Shown one piece after another: positions 1-10,113 of a DNA stretch of 64,000 nucleotides. This DNA is from Alphaproteobacteria bacterium (GTDB lineage Bacteria > Pseudomonadota > Alphaproteobacteria > UBA828). The DNA is taken from the NCBI GenBank assembly GCA_963667785.2, contig CAXXMU010000002.1, positions 672,001 through 736,000 on the forward strand, read 5' to 3'. Made by a program: the position numbers and the translations under genes. How positions within the stretch are numbered: the first letter of the stretch is position 1; every line of letters starts with the position of its first letter. The notes beneath the pieces were generated by a model that saw only the letters and a program-made list of their open reading frames with translations, did no database searches and had not been told where the DNA came from.

Positions 1-440
1 TCGCGCCCGATCTCCACGCGATGCTGCCGGAGGCTACGCGGACGGAGGAGTTCCACGCCGGCTGCACCCGCGCCTTCGTGCGCGAGGCGGCCGGCCCCGG
101 CTGGGCGCTGGTGGGCGATGCGGGGATGAAGAAGGATCCGGTGACCGCGCAAGGCATCTCGACCGCCTTCCGCTGCGCAGAGATGGTGGCCGAGGCGGCA
201 GACGAGGGCCTGGGCGGCGTGCGCCCGCTCGACGAGGCGCTCGCGGCTTACGCCGAGGCGCGCGACGAATGGCTGCTGCCCTACTACCGTTTCACCGCCC
301 AGCTCGCCCGCTTCGCGAGGCCCACCGAGCGGCTCGCGGCCTACTACCGCGCGATCCGGGACGATCCGGCCGAGACGGCGCGCCTCTTCGGCGCCGTCGC
401 GCTCACCCATTCGCCCGAGGACGTGCTGCCTGCGGCCTAG
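1..440 (+). CDS. FAD-dependent oxidoreductase/monooxygenase, C-terminal part (5'-truncated by window)
   Basis: GWALVGDAG..KDP..AQGIS motif (GD motif of FAD-binding monooxygenase/geranylgeranyl reductase family); stop TAG at 438-440. Confidence 0.75.
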   Translation, partial: APDLHAMLPEATRTEEFHAGCTRAFVREAAGPGWALVGDAGMKKDPVTAQGISTAFRCAEMVAEAADEGLGGVRPLDEALAAYAEARDEWLLPYYRFTAQLARFARPTERLAAYYRAIRDDPAETARLFGAVALTHSPEDVLPAA

Positions 441-441
441 G

Positions 442-466
442 GCGTATCCGTCTTTGACGGATACGC
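442..466. terminator. Perfect 11-bp hairpin directly after the stop codon (terminator-like or REP-like)
   Basis: GCGTATCCGTC-TTT-GACGGATACGC; no U-tract. Confidence 0.4.
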
Positions 467-512
467 GACAGGCCGCGACGAGCGCTCCGGGGTGGGGCGG
501 GCCGCCCTGCGG

Positions 513-541
513 TTGACACCGCCGCCCCACCTCCCTATTAA
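513..541 (+). promoter_or_regulatory. groESL promoter (sigma70-like, possibly also sigma32-like)
   Basis: TTGACA (513-518), 17-bp spacer, TATTAA (536-541), immediately upstream of CIRCE. Confidence 0.7.
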
Positions 542-542
542 C

Positions 543-569
543 TTAGCACTCACCTCGCCAGAGCGCTAA
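543..569 (+). promoter_or_regulatory. CIRCE element (HrcA operator)
   Basis: TTAGCACTC-N9-GAGCGCTAA, one mismatch to consensus TTAGCACTC-N9-GAGTGCTAA, upstream of groES. Confidence 0.92.
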
Positions 570-624
570 CAGGCGCCCGGGCGGCGTCAGACTCATCGGA
601 CATGCTCACATCTCGGAGGGCGGC

Positions 625-912
625 ATGAACATCAGGCCTTTGCACGACCGCGTGCTGGTGCGGCGGCTGGAGCAGGACCAGAAGACGGCAGGCGGCATCA
701 TCATCCCCGACACCGCCCAGGAGAAGCCGCAGGAAGGCGAGGTCGTCGCGGCAGGGCCCGGCGCGCGCGGCGAGGACGGCAGGCTCACGCCTCTCGACGT
801 CAAGGCGGGCGACCGCATCCTCTTCGGCAAGTGGTCGGGCTCCGAGGTCAAGGTCGACGGCGAGGAGCTGTTGATCATGAAGGAGTCCGACATCATGGGC
901 GTGATCGAGTAA
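625..912 (+). CDS. groES: Co-chaperonin GroES
   Basis: [37 protein letters not shown]; GGAGG RBS. Confidence 0.97.
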   Translation: MNIRPLHDRVLVRRLEQDQKTAGGIIIPDTAQEKPQEGEVVAAGPGARGEDGRLTPLDVKAGDRILFGKWSGSEVKVDGEELLIMKESDIMGVIE

Positions 913-957
913 CCGGGCACCCGCCCCGCTGGAACATCGAAGCTGGAGCGATCGACG

Positions 958-2637
958 ATGGCCAAGAAGCGAATCCACCAGGCGGAGGACGCGCGCGAGC
1001 GCCTCCTGGAAGGCGTCGACATCCTCTCCGACGCCGTGTCCGTCACCCTCGGCCCGAAGGGCCGCACCGTGATCTATCAGACGGCCACCGGCGACAGTCG
1101 GATTACCAAGGACGGCGTGGCCGTCGCCAAGGAGATCGAGCTCGAGGATCCGCTCCAGAACGTCGGCGCCCGCCTCGTCCGCGAGGCCGCCACCCGGACC
1201 GAGCAGACGGCCGGCGACGGCACCACCACCGCCACCGTCATCGCGCGCGCGCTCGTGCGCGAGGGCGCCAAGGCGGTGGCCGCGGGCATGAACCCGATGG
1301 ACCTGCGCCGCGGGATCGATCTGGGCGTCGCCGCCGTGGTCGACGAGATCGGCAAGCGCGCCAAGCGGGTGAAGACCCAGGAGGAGATCAGCCAGGTGGC
1401 GACCGTCGCCGCCAACAACGACCCGCAGGTCGGCGCCATGATCTCGCGCGCCATGGAAGAGGTGGGCGAGAGGGGCGTCATCACCATCGAGGAGGCGGCC
1501 GGGATCGAGACCGAGCTCGACGTCGTCGAGGGCATGAACTTCGACAAGGGCTACATCTCGCCCTACTTCGTCACCAACGCCGAGCGCATGACGGTCGAGC
1601 TCGACGACGCCTACGTGCTGCTGCACCAGGAGAAGCTCACCAGCATGCAGGCGCTGCTGCCGGTGCTGGAGCAGGTGGGCCAGACCGGCAAGCCGCTCGT
1701 CATCGTCGCGGAAGACGTGGACGGCGAGGCGCTGGCGACGCTGGTGGTCAACCGGCTGCGCGGCGGCCTCAAGGCGACGGCGGCCAAGGCGCCCGCCTTC
1801 GGCGACCGGCGCAAGGACATGCTGCAGGACATCGCCGTGCTCACCGGCGGCGCGGTGATCAGCGGCGACCTCGGCGTCAAGCTGGAGAACGTCACGCTCG
1901 ACCTGCTGGGCACCGCCAAGCGGGTCGAGATGAGCAAGGACGAGACCGTGATCATCGGCGGTGGCGGCACCAAGAAGAGCATCGACGAGCGCTGCCAGCA
2001 GCTTCGCATGCAGATCGAGACGACCGAGTCCGAGTACGACCAGGAGCGCTTCGAGGAGCGCCTCGCCAAGCTGGTCGGCGGCGTGGCCGTGCTCAGGGTC
2101 GGCGGCGACACCGAGACCGAGGTCAAGGAGAAGAAGGAGCTGGTGGACGATGCCATGCGGGCGACGCGGGCGGCGGTGGAGGAGGGGATCGTCGCCGGCG
2201 GCGGCGTGGCCCTGCTCGCGGCCTCGCGCAAGCTCGACGGGCTGAAAGGCGCCAACTTCGATCAGGATCGCGGCATCGCCATCGTCCGCAAGGCGATCCG
2301 CGCGCCCGCCCGCCACATCGCGGACAACGCCGGCGCGGACGGCGCCCTCGTGGTCGGAACCCTCCTCGACAAGCGCGGCGCGAGCCAGGGCTACGACGCC
2401 CAGGAGGGCCGCTACTGCGACATGATCGGCGCCGGCATCCTCGATCCGGCGAAGGTCGTCCGCACCGCCCTGCAGGACGCCGCCTCCATCGCCGGCCAGC
2501 TCATCTCGACCGAGGCGGGCATCGTCGAGATCCCCGAGAAGGCGCCTCCCATGCCTCCGGGCGGCGGCGGCATGCCCGGCGGAATGGGCGACATGGGGAT
2601 GGGCGGCATGGGTGGAATGGGCGGTATGGGCATGTAG
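958..2637 (+). CDS. groEL: Chaperonin GroEL (divergent)
   Basis: [32 protein letters not shown]-terminal GGM repeats. Confidence 0.97.
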   Translation: MAKKRIHQAEDARERLLEGVDILSDAVSVTLGPKGRTVIYQTATGDSRITKDGVAVAKEIELEDPLQNVGARLVREAATRTEQTAGDGTTTATVIARALVREGAKAVAAGMNPMDLRRGIDLGVAAVVDEIGKRAKRVKTQEEISQVATVAANNDPQVGAMISRAMEEVGERGVITIEEAAGIETELDVVEGMNFDKGYISPYFVTNAERMTVELDDAYVLLHQEKLTSMQALLPVLEQVGQTGKPLVIVAEDVDGEALATLVVNRLRGGLKATAAKAPAFGDRRKDMLQDIAVLTGGAVISGDLGVKLENVTLDLLGTAKRVEMSKDETVIIGGGGTKKSIDERCQQLRMQIETTESEYDQERFEERLAKLVGGVAVLRVGGDTETEVKEKKELVDDAMRATRAAVEEGIVAGGGVALLAASRKLDGLKGANFDQDRGIAIVRKAIRAPARHIADNAGADGALVVGTLLDKRGASQGYDAQEGRYCDMIGAGILDPAKVVRTALQDAASIAGQLISTEAGIVEIPEKAPPMPPGGGGMPGGMGDMGMGGMGGMGGMGM

Positions 2638-2702
2638 CCCGGCCCGCGCCCTCTCTAGTGTCCTGATCGAGACGTTCGCGAGAATCGCGGAGCATCCCAA
2701 CG

Positions 2703-2793
2703 CGTCATGGCCGGGCTTGTCCCGGCCATCCACGAGTCGTCCTTTCGGCAGCGACAAGGAACGTGGATGCCCGGATCAAGTCCGGGCATGACG
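2703..2793. repeat. CGTC-tagged REP doublet (two inverted palindromic units)
   Basis: CGTCATGGCCGGGCTTGTCCCGGCCATCCACG ... CGTGGATGCCCGGATCAAGTCCGGGCATGACG; near-identical copy at 14761-14846. Confidence 0.85.
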
Positions 2794-2827
2794 ATGAACT
2801 TGGTTGGTTCGCGCAGGGCAGACGAAT

Positions 2828-2890
2828 CCCACCTCTCCCTGTCCCTCTCCCCCCTGAAGGGCGGAGAGGGCCGGGGTGAGGTGGGGGGGG
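2828..2890. repeat. Second REP-like family (CCCTCTCC..GGAGAGGG palindrome)
   Basis: 43-bp block 2828-2870 is identical to 11749-11791. Confidence 0.8.
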
Positions 2891-2905
2891 GTCGGCCGGC
2901 CCCGC

Positions 2906-3463
2906 TCAGCCGTTGAAGGGCACGCGGGCGACGCTCTCCTCGACCTCGATGCCGAGCACGGCGCAGAAGCTGCCGAGAAGCTGGTAGTAACCGATCATCA
3001 CCACGAGATCGACGAGGCCCGCATCGCCCAGGCTCTCGCGCAGGTCCGCCACCAGCGCGTCGTCCACGTCCTCGCCGGAGGCCACCAGGCGGCAGAGGCG
3101 GAGCGCCGGCCCCACCGGTGCGGGCTCGGCCTCGGCGGCGGGCGTGCCCACGATCCCGCGCAATCGCTCGGGCACCTTGTGGATGTGGTGGTCCCACTCG
3201 TAGACGTTGCCGACGGCCTGGGCGACGGTGCAGATGACCATCTCACGCAGGTCGTTATCCAGCGCCGAGTGCCAGCGCACGTGCTCGCCCACCGCGGCGA
3301 CCGCGCGGAGCGCCTCCGGACTCCGCCCCATGACCGCGAACATGTTGGGCATGAAGTCGAGCCTGCGGGTCTCGACCACGTGGTCCCAGATCTCCGTCTG
3401 CGCGGGCGCGAAGTCGCTGCGGTCGGCGCGCGGCAGGCGCTGGGCCGGGGCATAGCTGGTCAT
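2906..3463 (-). CDS. Carboxymuconolactone decarboxylase/AhpD-like family protein
   Basis: LREMVICTVAQ..YEWDHH; LVDLVVMIGYYQLL; no CxxC. Confidence 0.75.
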   Translation of the reverse strand: MTSYAPAQRLPRADRSDFAPAQTEIWDHVVETRRLDFMPNMFAVMGRSPEALRAVAAVGEHVRWHSALDNDLREMVICTVAQAVGNVYEWDHHIHKVPERLRGIVGTPAAEAEPAPVGPALRLCRLVASGEDVDDALVADLRESLGDAGLVDLVVMIGYYQLLGSFCAVLGIEVEESVARVPFNG

Positions 3464-3485
3464 CGAAGTCTCTCTTTCATATCCC

Positions 3486-4505
3486 TCAATCCGCGAAGGC
3501 CTCGATCATCGCCTCGTGGTTGGCGAGCGATTCCTCGCGGTCGATGAAGGGCATCGGGCAGTAGAGCAGCACGGTCTCGAACAGCCCCTCGAAGCTCTCG
3601 AGCTGGCGGCGCACGTCGTCGGGCGTGCCGGCCAGCACCAGCGCGTCGATCATGTCGTCGGTCACGAGCTCCAGCATGGCGGGCACGTCGGCCCGCGCCC
3701 AGGCCTCGCGGATCGCCATCTTCGGGCCGGTGAAGCCCGCCGGGTCCAGCACCTGGTCGAAGTAGGGCAGGCAGGAATAGAAGGCGATCGGCCCGCGCGC
3801 ACGCCGCCGGGCGGTCGCCCGGTCCCGGTCCACGGAACAGACCTTGAGCGAGCACATCTCGATGTCGGCGCGGGTCCGCCCGGCCTTCGCCAGCCCCTTG
3901 TCGACGTTGGGCAGCACGATATCGGTGAAGTAGCGCGGCGTGTTGAGCAGGTTCGCGAGCAGGCCGTCCGCCATCTCGCCGGCGAGCTGCAGCATCGCCG
4001 GCTGCACCGCGGCGAGGTAGATGGGCGGCGGCGCGCACGGCGGCGCCAGCACGCGGCGATAGTCGCGCACCTGGATGATCTCGCCCTCGTAGTCGATGGG
4101 CGCCTCCGGGCTCGCGGTCCACATCAGCCGGATCGCCTCGACGTATTCCCGCATGCGCCGCACCGGCCGGCGGTAGGGGAGGCCGTGCCAGTTCTCGTTC
4201 CACGCCGGCGGCGCGGTGCCGAGGCCGAGGACGAAGCGGCCGCCCGTCAGCTCCGCCATCGACATGGCGCTGATCTCGGTCAACGCCGGCGGCCGGGCGA
4301 AGATGGCGACGCCGGTGCCGAGCCGGGCGCGCCCGCAGGCCGCCGCCATGCCGGCGAGCGGCACGAAGGCGTCGCGGCCGAGCTCGGTGGTCCAGAGGCT
4401 GTCGGCGCCCGCATCCTCCGCCCTGGCCGCGAAGTCGATGGTCTCCTGCAGCGTCAGGTTGTCGCCGCTGAAGAGGACGGCCCACTTCCATCTCTTCCCT
4501 GCCAT
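3486..4505 (-). CDS. LLM-class flavin (possibly F420)-dependent oxidoreductase
   Basis: AEDAGADSLWTTE, RLGTGV, GGRFVLGLG, PPIYLAA..LAGEMADG; start at MAGKRW after a GGAG RBS. Confidence 0.85.
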   Translation of the reverse strand: MAGKRWKWAVLFSGDNLTLQETIDFAARAEDAGADSLWTTELGRDAFVPLAGMAAACGRARLGTGVAIFARPPALTEISAMSMAELTGGRFVLGLGTAPPAWNENWHGLPYRRPVRRMREYVEAIRLMWTASPEAPIDYEGEIIQVRDYRRVLAPPCAPPPIYLAAVQPAMLQLAGEMADGLLANLLNTPRYFTDIVLPNVDKGLAKAGRTRADIEMCSLKVCSVDRDRATARRRARGPIAFYSCLPYFDQVLDPAGFTGPKMAIREAWARADVPAMLELVTDDMIDALVLAGTPDDVRRQLESFEGLFETVLLYCPMPFIDREESLANHEAMIEAFAD

Positions 4506-4522
4506 CGGTCTCCTTTCCCGTC

Positions 4523-6272
4523 TCAATCCGTCGCGGCGCGCCGCGCAGCGCGGCGGTGGCCGCTTCGTCAACCGCGCCGCCCTCGGCGATGACCACGCCG
4601 TACTCGCTCGTCGCCTGCGCGGCCGTCACGTAGCCGTCGGCCACGTCGGCCGCGACCGCCTCCGGCGTCGCGCGTGAAGGGGTCGCCGAAGCCGCCGCCG
4701 CCGCCGGTCACCACGGCCACGCGGTCGCCCTCGCCGAGCGGCCGGTAGGCGGTGCGCGCGAGGCGCTTGACGCTGCCGCCCGATTCGATCCGCATGTAGT
4801 TGTTGGAGCCCTGGCCGCCGCCCTCCAGCCCCCAGGGCCGCTCGATGGAGCGGCCGATGCTGCAGTGGGTGTGGGCGTCGGCGCCCGCCACCTCGAACTC
4901 GCGGACCACGCCGAAGCCGCCGCGATGGCGGCCCGCGCCGGCGCCGTCCGTCGACGTTCAGCGCATAGCGCCGGATGGCGAGCGGGAACTTCGCCTCGAA
5001 CAGCTCCACCGAGTAGTTGTAGGTGTCGCCGTCGGTGGTGGCGATGAGCGCGCTGGTGCCGTCGCCGGACGCGGTCGCGCCCCAGCCGCCGATGGCGGGC
5101 TCGATATGGACGTAGACCTCGCCGCTCTCCGGGTCGCGGCCGTAGAAGTAGGCGGCGGCGAGGCTCATGTAGGAGCCGGCGCTGAAGCGCTCGGGCGCGA
5201 CCTCGGCGAGCGCCTTCCAGGCGAGCTCGGAGGCGTGCGCCGAGCCCTCGTAGTACCAGCCGGTGGGCGCCGGCTTCTCGGCGGTGAACACCGTGCCCGG
5301 CGGGCAGACCAGGCTCACCGGGCGGAACCAGCCCTCGTTCGACGGCGCCTGCGGGTCCACCAGCGACTTGAACACCGTCTTGACCGCCGAATCCAGCGCC
5401 CCGAAGGCGCAGTTGATCGGCCCCTTGACCATGGGGCTGGTGCCGGTGAAGTCGAAGACGATGGAATCGCCGCGAATCCGCACCGTGACGGCGACGCGGA
5501 AGCGCTCGTCCGTGATGCCGTCGCCGTCGATCCAGTCCTCGGCCGCGTAGTCGCCATCGGGGAGGGCTGCCACGGCGGCGCGGCTCAGCCGCTCGCTCGC
5601 CTCCAGGATGTGGCGGAAGGTGGCCTGGACCTCGGCCGCACCGTAGCGCGCGATGGTCTCGCGCAGCCGGGTCTCGGCGATGCGGACCGCGGCCAGCCCT
5701 GCGTTGAAGTCGCCCAGCGACTGCACCGGGAGGCGCACGTTCTCGCGGATCAGCGCGATCACGTCGTCGATGGTCTCGTCGTCGCGGCAGACACGGATGC
5801 CGGGGAAGCGCACCCCCTCCTGATAGATCTCGGTAGCGGTCGGCGAGATGCTGCCCGGCACCGCGCCGCCCACCTCGCTCCAGTGCGCCACCGAGATGGC
5901 GAAGGCGAAGAGCCGGTCGTCTTCGAAGATCGGCTTGATCAGCGCGATGTCGCAGCTGTGGGTGCCGCCCTCGAAGGGGTCGTTGGTCATGAAGACGTCG
6001 CCCGGCCGCATGGTCTCGCCGTGGCGGCGCACGATGGAGCGCACCTGCGGCGCGAAGGTGCCGGTGAACAGCGTGATGCCGTTGGTCTGCACCACCAGCT
6101 CGCCGTCCGCGTCGCAGAGGCCGCAGGCGAAATCGAGCACCTCGTAGATCACCGGGCTCATGGAGGTCTTGGCGATGACGATGCCCATCTCGTCGGCGAG
6201 CGCCAGGAGCTTGCCGCGGATGATCTCGCGCGTGACCGGATCGGCGCCGGCCTCGGTCGTGCTCGACGTCAT
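4523..6272 (-). CDS. Hydantoinase B/oxoprolinase family protein, frameshifted near 4950 and 4667 (3' end approximate)
   Basis: SMSPVIYEVLDFACG, NDPFEGGTHSCD, HWSEVGGAVPGS, GGGGGFGDP; pieces lie in ORFs 4626..6329, 4568..4909 and the start of 3460..4644. Confidence 0.85.
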
Positions 6273-6556
6273 GCTCTCTCCCGGGCATCTGCCCGCGCGG
6301 ATTGTTCCCGAGACGCCCGCGCGGGGCAAGGCGTGCGCCCCCGGCCGGCCTTCTTATACCGCGCTCGCGACCTGCGTCCGCGCTCGTGACCTTGCAGGCA
6401 CGAGCGACTCAGGCGCACGCTCCCCGTCCGCGCACGCCGGGTACCCCGCACAATGGTGCGGTGCACGGCGCGGGGTGGGCGTGCGAGGGTCGCGGCATGA
6501 TGCGGGAGAGCGGCGACGAGCGGGAAGGAGCGGTGCGCGGCAGGGGAGCCGGTGGT

Positions 6557-6656
6557 GAAGTGGGATTCAAGTGGGATATGGAGGCCGTCTGTCCCGCCGG
6601 AATCCCTCGCTATCCCACGAAATCCCGCATGCCCCCCCTCCGGCGAATCCCACTTC
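6557..6656. repeat. Cluster of phased GGGAT/ATCCC boxes with 12-bp inverted ends
   Basis: GAAGTGGGATTC (6557-6568) and GAATCCCACTTC (6645-6656); AAGTGGGAT twice at 11-bp spacing; ATCCC at 6602, 6612, 6622. Confidence 0.65.
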
Positions 6657-6724
6657 CGGCCGCCGCGTTGGGGCGCGACGGTCGGTCCGGGGCGCCCTCG
6701 GCCGCGCGCAGGGGGGGGAGAGGG

Positions 6725-7488
6725 CTAGGCGTTGTCCCAGATCACCTTCGGGTAGGGCACCACCCAGGAGGCCTTGAGGTACCAGGTCTCCAGGATCTCC
6801 ACCGGCGCGAGCCTGTGCAGGTGCGGGTAGAGGCCGGAGCGGCCGAGCTCGAGGTGGCCGGTGCCGGTCCAGATCTCGTGCAGCGCGAAGTCCTCGGGCC
6901 GGATCAGCAGGAGCTGCTTGATCGGCTTGCCGCCTCCTCGGGGTTGGGGATCTTGCGGATCTGCAGGAAGTCGGCGTCGACCAGCTCGGCGAAGCGATCC
7001 TCGATGGCGCTGTCAGCACGGCGGATCGGCGGCGGGCTGGTGACGTTCATGCTGAGCCGCATGAGGCACTCGCCGGCGCGGTCGCAGTGCGCGATCACCT
7101 GGCTGCCGTAGAACCTGAGCGGCGTGGTCTCGCACAGGTTGGCGGGCCAGCCGTAGATCTCGCGCTCGAAGGTGAGCGCCATGTCGTTGTCGACCCAGAT
7201 GTAGTTGATGTACCAGCCCGTCCACTCCTTGTAGCGGACCATGATGCCGGTCAGGCACTCGTGGTAGAGCTCGACCGAGTGGGTGGGCTGGCCCATGTCG
7301 CCGAGCCAGGCGAGCACCAGGTTGGGCTCAACCGGCTCCAGCGGCTCCGGCACCTCGAAGGCGACCGCGGCCGGGTCGGCGCGGTAGGCCATCATCAGGA
7401 TCTTGCTGTCGGGCGTCGCGTAGAACGGCGGCTTCGTGAAGGTCGGCGCCGCAAGCGGCATCGAATAGCCTTCCTCGTGCTCCTTCAT
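6725..7488 (-). CDS. Acetoacetate decarboxylase-like family protein, frameshift near 6932
   Basis: SMPLAAP..PP, VPEPLEP, Y.EC, IWVDNDMAL..REIYGWP; C-terminus (LHEIWTGTGHLEL..LAPVEIL) in another frame ending in TAG at 6725. Confidence 0.75.
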
Positions 7489-7605
7489 GGTCTCCCTCTC
7501 GTGCGTGGCTGCGGCCGCGGCGGCTGGCTGCGGCGCGGCGAGTGTGGGGGCGGCGGCGGAGCCGGTCAACAAGTCGCGCGGCCGCGGAAAGCCTGGCGCG
7601 CGCGG

Positions 7606-8370
7606 TCAGTACGTCGCGCGGCCGCCGGAGAGATCGAACACCGCGCCGGTCGAGAACGAGCAGTCCCCGGAGCAGAGCCAGGCCACCAGGGCGGCGATCT
7701 CCGCGCGGCAGGCCGAAGCGGCCGAGCGGGATCTTCGACTTCATCATGTCGATGTGGGTCTGGGTCATCTGGTCGAAGATGCGTGTCTCCACCGCCGCCG
7801 GGGTGACGCAGTTCACCAGCACGCCCGAGCCCGCGAGCTCCTTGCCGAGGCTCTTGGTGAGGCCGATCAGGCCCGCCTTGGCGGCGCTGTAGGCGGGCGC
7901 GTTGGGGTTGCCCTCCTTGCCCGCCACCGAGGCGATGTTGACGATGCGCCCCCAGCCGGCCTGCGCGCATCGCCGGCACCACCGCGCGGCTGACGAGGAA
8001 GGGGCCGTTCAGGTCGATGTCGATCACCCGGCGCCAGTCGTCGACCGGGTATTCCCAGGTCGGCATGTTGGGGCCGGAGATGCCCGCATTGTTGACCAGG
8101 ATGTCGATGGCGCCTGCGCCGCCGGCGCCCGCGCGGGTCTCGTCGAGCGCGGCTGCGACCGCGTCCGGGTCCGAGACGTCGACCTCGATCCACCCGGCCG
8201 GGCCTGGCGGCGGGCCAGTCCGCCTGCGCGTCCGCCATGGCGGCGGGGTCGAGATCCCAGACGTGGACCGCGGCGCCGGAGGCCTGCAGCCGCTCAGCGA
8301 TCGCCCGCCCCAGCCCCTGGGCGCCGCCGGTGACGATGGCGCGCCGGCCCGTCAGGTCGATGCTGTTCAT
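7606..8370 (-). CDS. SDR family oxidoreductase (resembles 2-dehydro-3-deoxy-sugar-acid dehydrogenases), about three frameshifts
   Basis: TGGAQGLG, LVNNAG, YSAAK, FSTGAVFDLSGGRATY, distributed over three frames. Confidence 0.85.
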
Positions 8371-8612
8371 TGGTCGGTTCCCTCCTCCGAACAGGCGAAG
8401 TCGTCCCACGACAGCGGGGCGTCGAAGTCGTCCGCCATCCAGACCTTTCCCTCCCAGCCGCCGGGCTTGCGCGGGCGCTCGGATGCCTCCAGCGCGACCA
8501 GGCGCGCCACAGGCCGGTTGTGCTTGGCGATGACGATCTCCTCTCCGCCGGCCGCCTCCTCGACGAGGCGCGACAGGTGGGTCTTGGCGTGGTGGATGTT
8601 CACTGTCCGCAT
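8367..8612 (-). CDS. Phd/YefM-family antitoxin (orphan)
   Basis: TVNIHHAKTHLSRLVEEAAGGEEIVIAK..PVARL..DDFDAPL. Confidence 0.88.
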   Translation of the reverse strand: MRTVNIHHAKTHLSRLVEEAAGGEEIVIAKHNRPVARLVALEASERPRKPGGWEGKVWMADDFDAPLSWDDFACSEEGTDQ

Positions 8613-8697
8613 CCGGTTGACCCATGCCCCGCTCAGCTTCTATCGGCCTTGTACGCGCTCTGGCGCCTGCGGCCTTCCCGGGCCACCATAGGCCACC

Positions 8698-9584
8698 ATG
8701 GACCGGATCGTCGACGCCCACCACCACATCTGGCGCCAGCGCGACCTGCCGTGGCTCGAAGGGCCGATGCAGCCGCGCATCTTCGGCCCCTACGAGCCGA
8801 TCCGGCGCGACTACCCGATCGAGGAGTATCTCGGCGACATCGAGGGGAGCGGCGTCGCGCAGTCGGTCTACGTGCAGGCCAACTGGGCGCCCGCCCGCGC
8901 CGTCGACGAGGTGGCATGGGTGCAGGCCGAGGCCGACCGCACGGGCTTTCCGCATGCCATCGTCGGCTATGCCGACCTGCGCGATCCGGAGGTGGGCGCG
9001 GTGCTGAAGGCGCAGGCGCAGTACCCGCTGCTGCGCGGCATCCGCATGCAGCTCCACTGGCACGAGAACCCGCAGTACCGCTTCGCCGACGGGCCGGCGG
9101 TGATGAAGGACGCCGCGCTACGCCGCCATGTGGGGCTGCTGGCGGAGCTCGGCCTCCTCTTCGAGCTGCAGGTCTTCACCGCGCAGATGGAGGATGCCGC
9201 CGCCTTCGCCGCCTCGTTCCCCGACGTGCCGATGGTGCTCGCCCACTGCGGCATGCCCGAGGACCTCACGGCGGAGGGGTGGGAGGCCTGGCGCGCCGGC
9301 ATGGCGCGGCTCGCCGCGGTGCCGAGCGTCTCGGTCAAGCTCTCGGGCCTCGGCACCTTCGTCCACCGGCTGGACTCGGCCCACATCGAGCGCACGGTGC
9401 GCGAGACCGTGGCCCTCTTCGGGGCCGGGCGCTGCCTCTGGGGCAGCAACTTCCCCATCGAGAAGCTGTGGTGCGGCTATGCGGAGCCTGCTTCGGCGCC
9501 TACCGGCAGGCGCTCGCCCCCTTGAGCGAGGCGGATCGGGCGGCGATAGTCGCCGGCACCGCGCGGCGGCTCTACCGGCTCTGA
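8698..9584 (+). CDS. Amidohydrolase_2 family protein (sugar-lactonase-like), frameshift near 9490
   Basis: DAHHHIW, VKLSG, CLWGSNFP; C-terminus AAIVAGTARRLYRL in another frame. Confidence 0.85.
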
Positions 9585-9630
9585 CCGGCCGGCCGCGGGT
9601 CGGGAGACGACGGGAAGGGGAGAAGCGACC

Positions 9631-10036
9631 ATGGCGATCGAACGCGTGCTGACGCCCCACGTGGCGGAGCCGTCTCCGGGCCTCTGGTCCAACTGCCTGC
9701 GCCACGGCGACAACGTCTACGTCGCAGGCCTCGTCGCCGTGGACGCCGACTTCAACGTGCTGGCGGTGGGCGATCCGGGCGAGCAGACGCGCATCATCTT
9801 CCGCAGCATCCGGCCACTATCTCGAGGCCGCCGGCGGCAGCCTCTCCGACGTGGTGCGGATGCGGGTCTACCTGCAGAACCTGGAGCGCGACCGGCCGGC
9901 GTTCCTCGCCGCGCGCCGGGAGTTCTTCACCGGAGACTTCCCGTGCTCGACGCTGGTGGAGGTCGCGGCGCTGGTCTCGCCCGAGATGCTGGTCGAGGTC
10001 GATGCCGACGCGATCATCGGCGCCGGCGCGGCATAG
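9631..10036 (+). CDS. RidA family protein, frameshift near 9813
   Basis: VYVAG..EQTR, then FFTGDFPCSTLVEVAAL..MLVEVDADA in the 9851..10036 frame. Confidence 0.82.
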
Positions 10037-10113
10037 CATCCGACCCGCGCCGTGATAGGATCGGCCCGCGCCCGGCGCGAGCGAGGCGCGGCGCCGCAGA
10101 GGGAGAGGAAGGG

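Noticed and set aside
2560-2637. Tandem GGCATG-type microrepeats
   Set aside because: Encode the ordinary GGM tail of GroEL.
6431-6485. Nested stem-loop (CGCACGCC..ACCCCGC/GCGGGGT..GGCGTGCG) upstream of hydantoinase B
   Set aside because: No recognisable riboswitch motif; such stems are frequent by chance at this GC content.
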